Assembly: GCA_030141605.1 (NCBI GenBank)
Contig: JAQGDQ010001782.1
Location: 1-25,676 of the forward strand
Reading direction: 5' to 3'
DNA: 25,676 bases
From: Tubiluchus corallicola
Taxonomy: Eukaryota > Animalia > Priapulida
Shown: piece after piece, positions 22,901-25,676 of the stretch
Numbering within the stretch: position 1 is the stretch's first letter
How the letters are laid out: every line of letters begins with the position of its first letter
The notes under the pieces: model-generated
Database searches by the model: none
The model's input: only the letters and a program-made list of their open reading frames with translations
Told to the model about the DNA's origin: nothing
Position numbers and translations under genes: made by a program

Positions 22901-25120
22901 TAGTCGTCGTCGTGATCATCATCATCATCATCACCACCACTACCACCACTATCATCATCATTATCATCACCACCATCATCATTATCATTATCAGTCATCA
23001 TCGTCGTTATCGTCATCGTCGTCGTCGTCGCCATCACCATCGTCATCATCAGCAATTATCATCAATCATCATCATCATCATCGTCGCGGTCTTAGTGATC
23101 ATCATCATCATCATCACTACCATCAGCATCACCAAAGTCATCATCATCATCAATCATAATCGTCTTTATCATCATCATCATCATTAATCATCATTAATCA
23201 TCACCACTACCACCACCATCATCATCATCACCACCATCATCATCATGATAAATTAGGCCTAGAAATGACTTTAACAGAAAAGTAGAAAACGGTAAGTCAG
23301 TTGAGAACATTTTAATCTCACTAGTAATCAACGAGTCACAATAACTTCATTCAACTTGTGTTTTTTTCCAGGACTATGACATACTTGTGCCATACGAACA
23401 TGGCGTCAGACATCATCTAACTCTTCACTCTACAAATCAAAATCAAACTTTTAAACCAAGAGAAGTTCTTCACTCATTAGCAGACAGTCAGTCTATAAGT
23501 TCAGGTCCTAGAGACTTCATGGGTTATGGGCCAGGGCCTTTGACTTCCGCCAATCACACGCATTATAAGCACAGAGGCCAAGGTCTTTTAGACCCAGCCC
23601 ATAGACTTCATAATATGGTGTCAACCAATCATAATCCTCGTCTCATGACGTCGGCCAATCATCGTGCTCATGACAATGGTCCTTCAAACTACAAGAACTG
23701 TTTTTCCGCAGCTGCAGCATCATGTAAAGTGTCAAATACCGGCGAATTACCATCTGTGGAAACTTCGCTTGAGCAAAAGGTACATTGTTTGTTGTTTATT
23801 GTTTACTGTTTATTGTTTATTGTTTATTGTTTATTGTTTTTTGTTTTTTGTTTTTTGTTTTTTGTTTTTTGTTTTTTGTTTTTTGTTTATTGTTTATTGT
23901 TTATTGTTTATTGTTTATTGTTTATTGTTTACTGTTTACTGTTTACTGTTCACTGTTCACTGTTCACTGTTTACTGTTTATTGTTTATTGTTTACTGTTT
24001 ACTGTTCACTGTTCACTGTTCACTGTTCACTGTTCACTGTTTATTGTTTATTGTTTATTGTTTATTGTTTATTGTTTATTTTTTATTGTTTATTGTTTAT
24101 TGTTTATTGTTTATTGTTTATTGTTTATTGTTTATTGTTTATTGTTTATTGTTTATTGTTTATTGTTTATTGTTTATTGTTTATTGTTTATTGTTTTTTG
24201 CTTTTTGTTTTTTGTTTTTTGTTTTTGTTTTTTGTTTTTTGTTTTTTTTATTGTTTATTGTTTACTGTTTACTGTTTACTGTTTACTGTTTACTGTTTAC
24301 TGTTTACTGTTTACTGTTTACTGTTTACTGTTTACTGTTTACTGTTTACTGCTTACTGCTTACTGCTTACTGTTTACTGTTTACTGTTTACTGTTTACTG
24401 TTTACTGTTTACTGTTTACTGTTTACTGTTTACTGTTTACTGTTTACTGTTTACTGTTTACTGTTTACTGTTTATTGTTTATTGTTTATTGTTTATTGTT
24501 TATTGTTTATTGTTTATTGTTTATTGTTTATTGTTTTCTTACACGTGTACTTGCAAACCAACACTGCCCATAAGTCGGCATAGTCAAAACTACGTTACGA
24601 TGCTTGTTAGCAGAATGCATCAAAAACCCCTGCATTTTGAAAACTCATTGCACATAAAACAGGTGCTGTAGCTTTCATTTCAGATGTGTTAGTTTGCGAC
24701 GAGCTACACATGTTTGAGAGCTCATGTGAGAGCACAGCGGTAAATCTGAAATTTGAATTTTTATCTCAAAACTTGTCCAGTTTTAGTACAACACACTCAT
24801 TGTATATTTTTGCTGTTGAAAATTATGTTAATATGTTATTATACGAATTAACGATTATTTGGCTTTCCGATATCAACAGCGACTGTCGTTAAAAATACCT
24901 GCAATTTCGGCTAATCGTAATGTTTACAATTGTTTTACAAACAGATAGACGAAGTCACCTCCTTCAATGAACCCTGTTTTGAAGTAGCCCTCTCTTCTGA
25001 CTCGAACCAGAACAGCACTTCGTGGGGTTTTGGACATCTTTCTGAGAAGCGCGATGGAGAAAGTTCTCAATCACTGGCCAGCAGCACCAGTTCCACAACT
25101 GCAAGTCCACGTTTCTGCGG
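13802..25120 (+). CDS. Cad99C: Partial multi-exon Cad99C/protocadherin-15-like cadherin (8 exons, about 1702 nt spliced; 5' and 3' ends absent)
   Basis: Exons 13802-13927, 15520-15674, 16011-16333, 18567-18737, 20631-20864, 22279-22387, 23372-23779 and 24945-25120 all have GT-AG boundaries with matching phases (1,1,0,2,2,2,0,0,2) and join into one open frame. Motifs: LDRE, DVNDNKP, AIDPD, membrane-adjacent domain (ERTGYLTGVDK...SSDVWLHFTDP), TM ending ICCLWS, cytoplasmic PSRYEP. The family call is from recalled similarity to Cad99C, not a database search. Confidence 0.8.
14839..15293 (-). mobile_element. piggyBac-type MITE, copy 2 mirror
   Basis: Reverse complement of 10401-10855. Confidence 0.82.
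15520..15674 (+). CDS. Cad99C: Cadherin exon E2: DSVAAATVIVAVDDVNDNKPSFIYP...YYGVIEMDSPPFSEILVVQ
   Basis: ttgcag acceptor, CAG|gttggt donor, DxNDNxP calcium-binding linker. Not in the supplied ORF track. Confidence 0.9.
16011..16333 (+). CDS. Cad99C: Cadherin exon E3 (last EC repeat and start of membrane-adjacent domain)
   Basis: atgcag acceptor, AA|gtaagt donor. AIDPD...IQYIL...FLLEPSTGILR...FRLTAIATDN are cadherin-fold motifs. Confidence 0.92.
16436..16893 (-). mobile_element. piggyBac-type MITE, copy 1 mirror
   Basis: TTAA|CCCTTTCAG...ATGAAAGGG|TTAA. Confidence 0.85.
18567..18737 (+). CDS. Cad99C: Exon E4, membrane-adjacent (MAD12/PICA-like) domain
   Basis: tttcag acceptor, GA|gtatgt donor, 171 nt, phase 2-2. 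YLDERTGYLTGVDKIV...SSDVWLHFTDP. Confidence 0.88.
18782..18882 (+). pseudogene. 5S rRNA pseudogene or 5S-derived SINE head
   Basis: ACGACCATATCACGTTGATAACACCGGTTCT...GGTTAGTACTTGGATGGGTGACCGCCTAGGAATACCAGG matches invertebrate 5S rRNA with Box C intact. It has a 3-nt deletion near Box A, several substitutions, and lacks the terminal helix I and oligo-T terminator. Confidence 0.85.
20631..20864 (+). CDS. Cad99C: Exon E5 with transmembrane helix (WQIGVIALAALIVLICVIAIIAICCLW)
   Basis: cttag acceptor, AG|gtcggt donor, 234 nt, phase 2-2, hydrophobic run of about 25 aa. Confidence 0.88.
21196..22146 (+). repeat. Pentamer array (ACTAC/ACCAC)n, mirror
   Basis: Mirror of 3548-4492 with internal differences. 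Confidence 0.97.
22279..22387 (+). CDS. Cad99C: Exon E6, juxtamembrane cytoplasmic: YKKKDMKRKRIFIPSRYEPALIEPRLENKPSAIQAQ
   Basis: tttctcacag acceptor, CAG|gtaag donor, basic stop-transfer stretch directly after the TM, phase 2-0. Confidence 0.88.
22752..23247 (+). repeat. (CAT/CGT/CAC)n repeat, mirror
   Basis: Mirror of 2430-2945, slightly shorter. Confidence 0.93.
23372..23779 (+). CDS. Cad99C: Exon E7, cytoplasmic tail (136 codons)
   Basis: tttttccag acceptor, AAG|gtacat donor just before the 7-mer array; open in phase 0. Confidence 0.78.
23784..24536 (+). repeat. Heptamer array (TTGTTTA/CTGTTTA)n, mirror
   Basis: Mirror of 1141-1893. Confidence 0.97.
24945..25120 (+). CDS. Cad99C: Exon E8, Ser-rich cytoplasmic tail: IDEVTSFNEPCFEVALSS...SPRFC
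   Basis: aaacag acceptor, GG|gtatgt donor, phase 0 start matches E7, higher GC than flanks. Confidence 0.7.
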
Positions 25121-25507
25121 GTATGTCATAAGCGTTGCTGTAAATAACAGCCACTTCACAGTTTCGTTGTGCGCATGCGCAGTTGCTGTAGGTCAAAGGT
25201 TAAGTGTACCACAGCAGCGCGTCTTAACTACAACTGTCACGTGATATTATGATCACCATCAGCACCTATTCGAAGTTGATTGAATTATCCTCATTCTTTT
25301 CCAATTCTTCCCCCTTTTCCTCTACTCTCCTCTGCTTTGTGATATGTTTTTTTCACTCTTACAAAAAAAACAACTCTGTAATTGTCATCATCATCTGTGT
25401 TGTCGTCACTTTTATCATGACCATTATCAGCAGCATCAGGTGCATGATTTCTTCGTTACTATCGGTCATCATGTGTGCTGTCTTTGCCACAGTTATAGTC
25501 AACTAAA

Positions 25508-25508
<1 letters not shown>

Positions 25509-25565
<57 letters not shown>

Positions 25566-25676
25566 TGTTATCGTCATCATCGTCGCCATCATCATCGTCA
25601 TCATCATAATCATCATCATCATCATTATTATCATTGTCATCATCATAATCATCATCACCATCATCATGATCGCCAT
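25509..25676 (+). repeat. (CAT)n repeat, mirror
   Basis: Mirror of 1-168. Confidence 0.95.

Larger units (their letters stand above)
14124..25676. repeat. Right arm of a giant inverted repeat
   Basis: Begins TTTTCATTCTATAAC at 14124, the reverse complement of the sequence ending at 11558. Differs from the left arm by scattered SNPs and small indels. Confidence 0.98.

Noticed and set aside
25249-25506. 85-aa hydrophobic ORF as a possible last exon (AG at 25261-25262 is phase-compatible with E8)
   Set aside because: Weak acceptor, low-complexity sequence merging into (CAT)n, and no recognisable Cad99C-like C-terminus. Not supportable without RNA data.

Overview
AT-rich, intron-rich animal DNA, probably lophotrochozoan judging from the 5S rRNA-like fragment and the cadherin type. 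The whole window is one giant inverted repeat: arm L is 1-11558, arm R is 14124-25676, and a unique spacer of about 2.57 kb (11559-14123) separates them. The arms are near-identical but carry SNPs and indels. Each arm holds the same seven 3' exons of a Cad99C/protocadherin-15-like cadherin (last cadherin repeat, membrane-adjacent MAD/PICA-type domain, transmembrane helix, cytoplasmic tail), read outward from the centre. One further upstream exon (LDRE motif) exists only once, in the spacer, on the + strand. Neither copy has its 5' end or stop codon in the window. The spacer centre holds a foldback-type element with TIRs and a 20-21 bp subterminal tandem array, next to an inverted copy of its own left end. 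Introns contain piggyBac-type MITEs, Kolobok-like fragments, a 5S rRNA pseudogene and long 3-, 5- and 7-mer simple repeats. Nearly all long ORFs in the supplied track are repeat artefacts. The sequence alone cannot decide whether the palindrome is a real inverted duplication or a head-to-head mis-join of two haplotypes.
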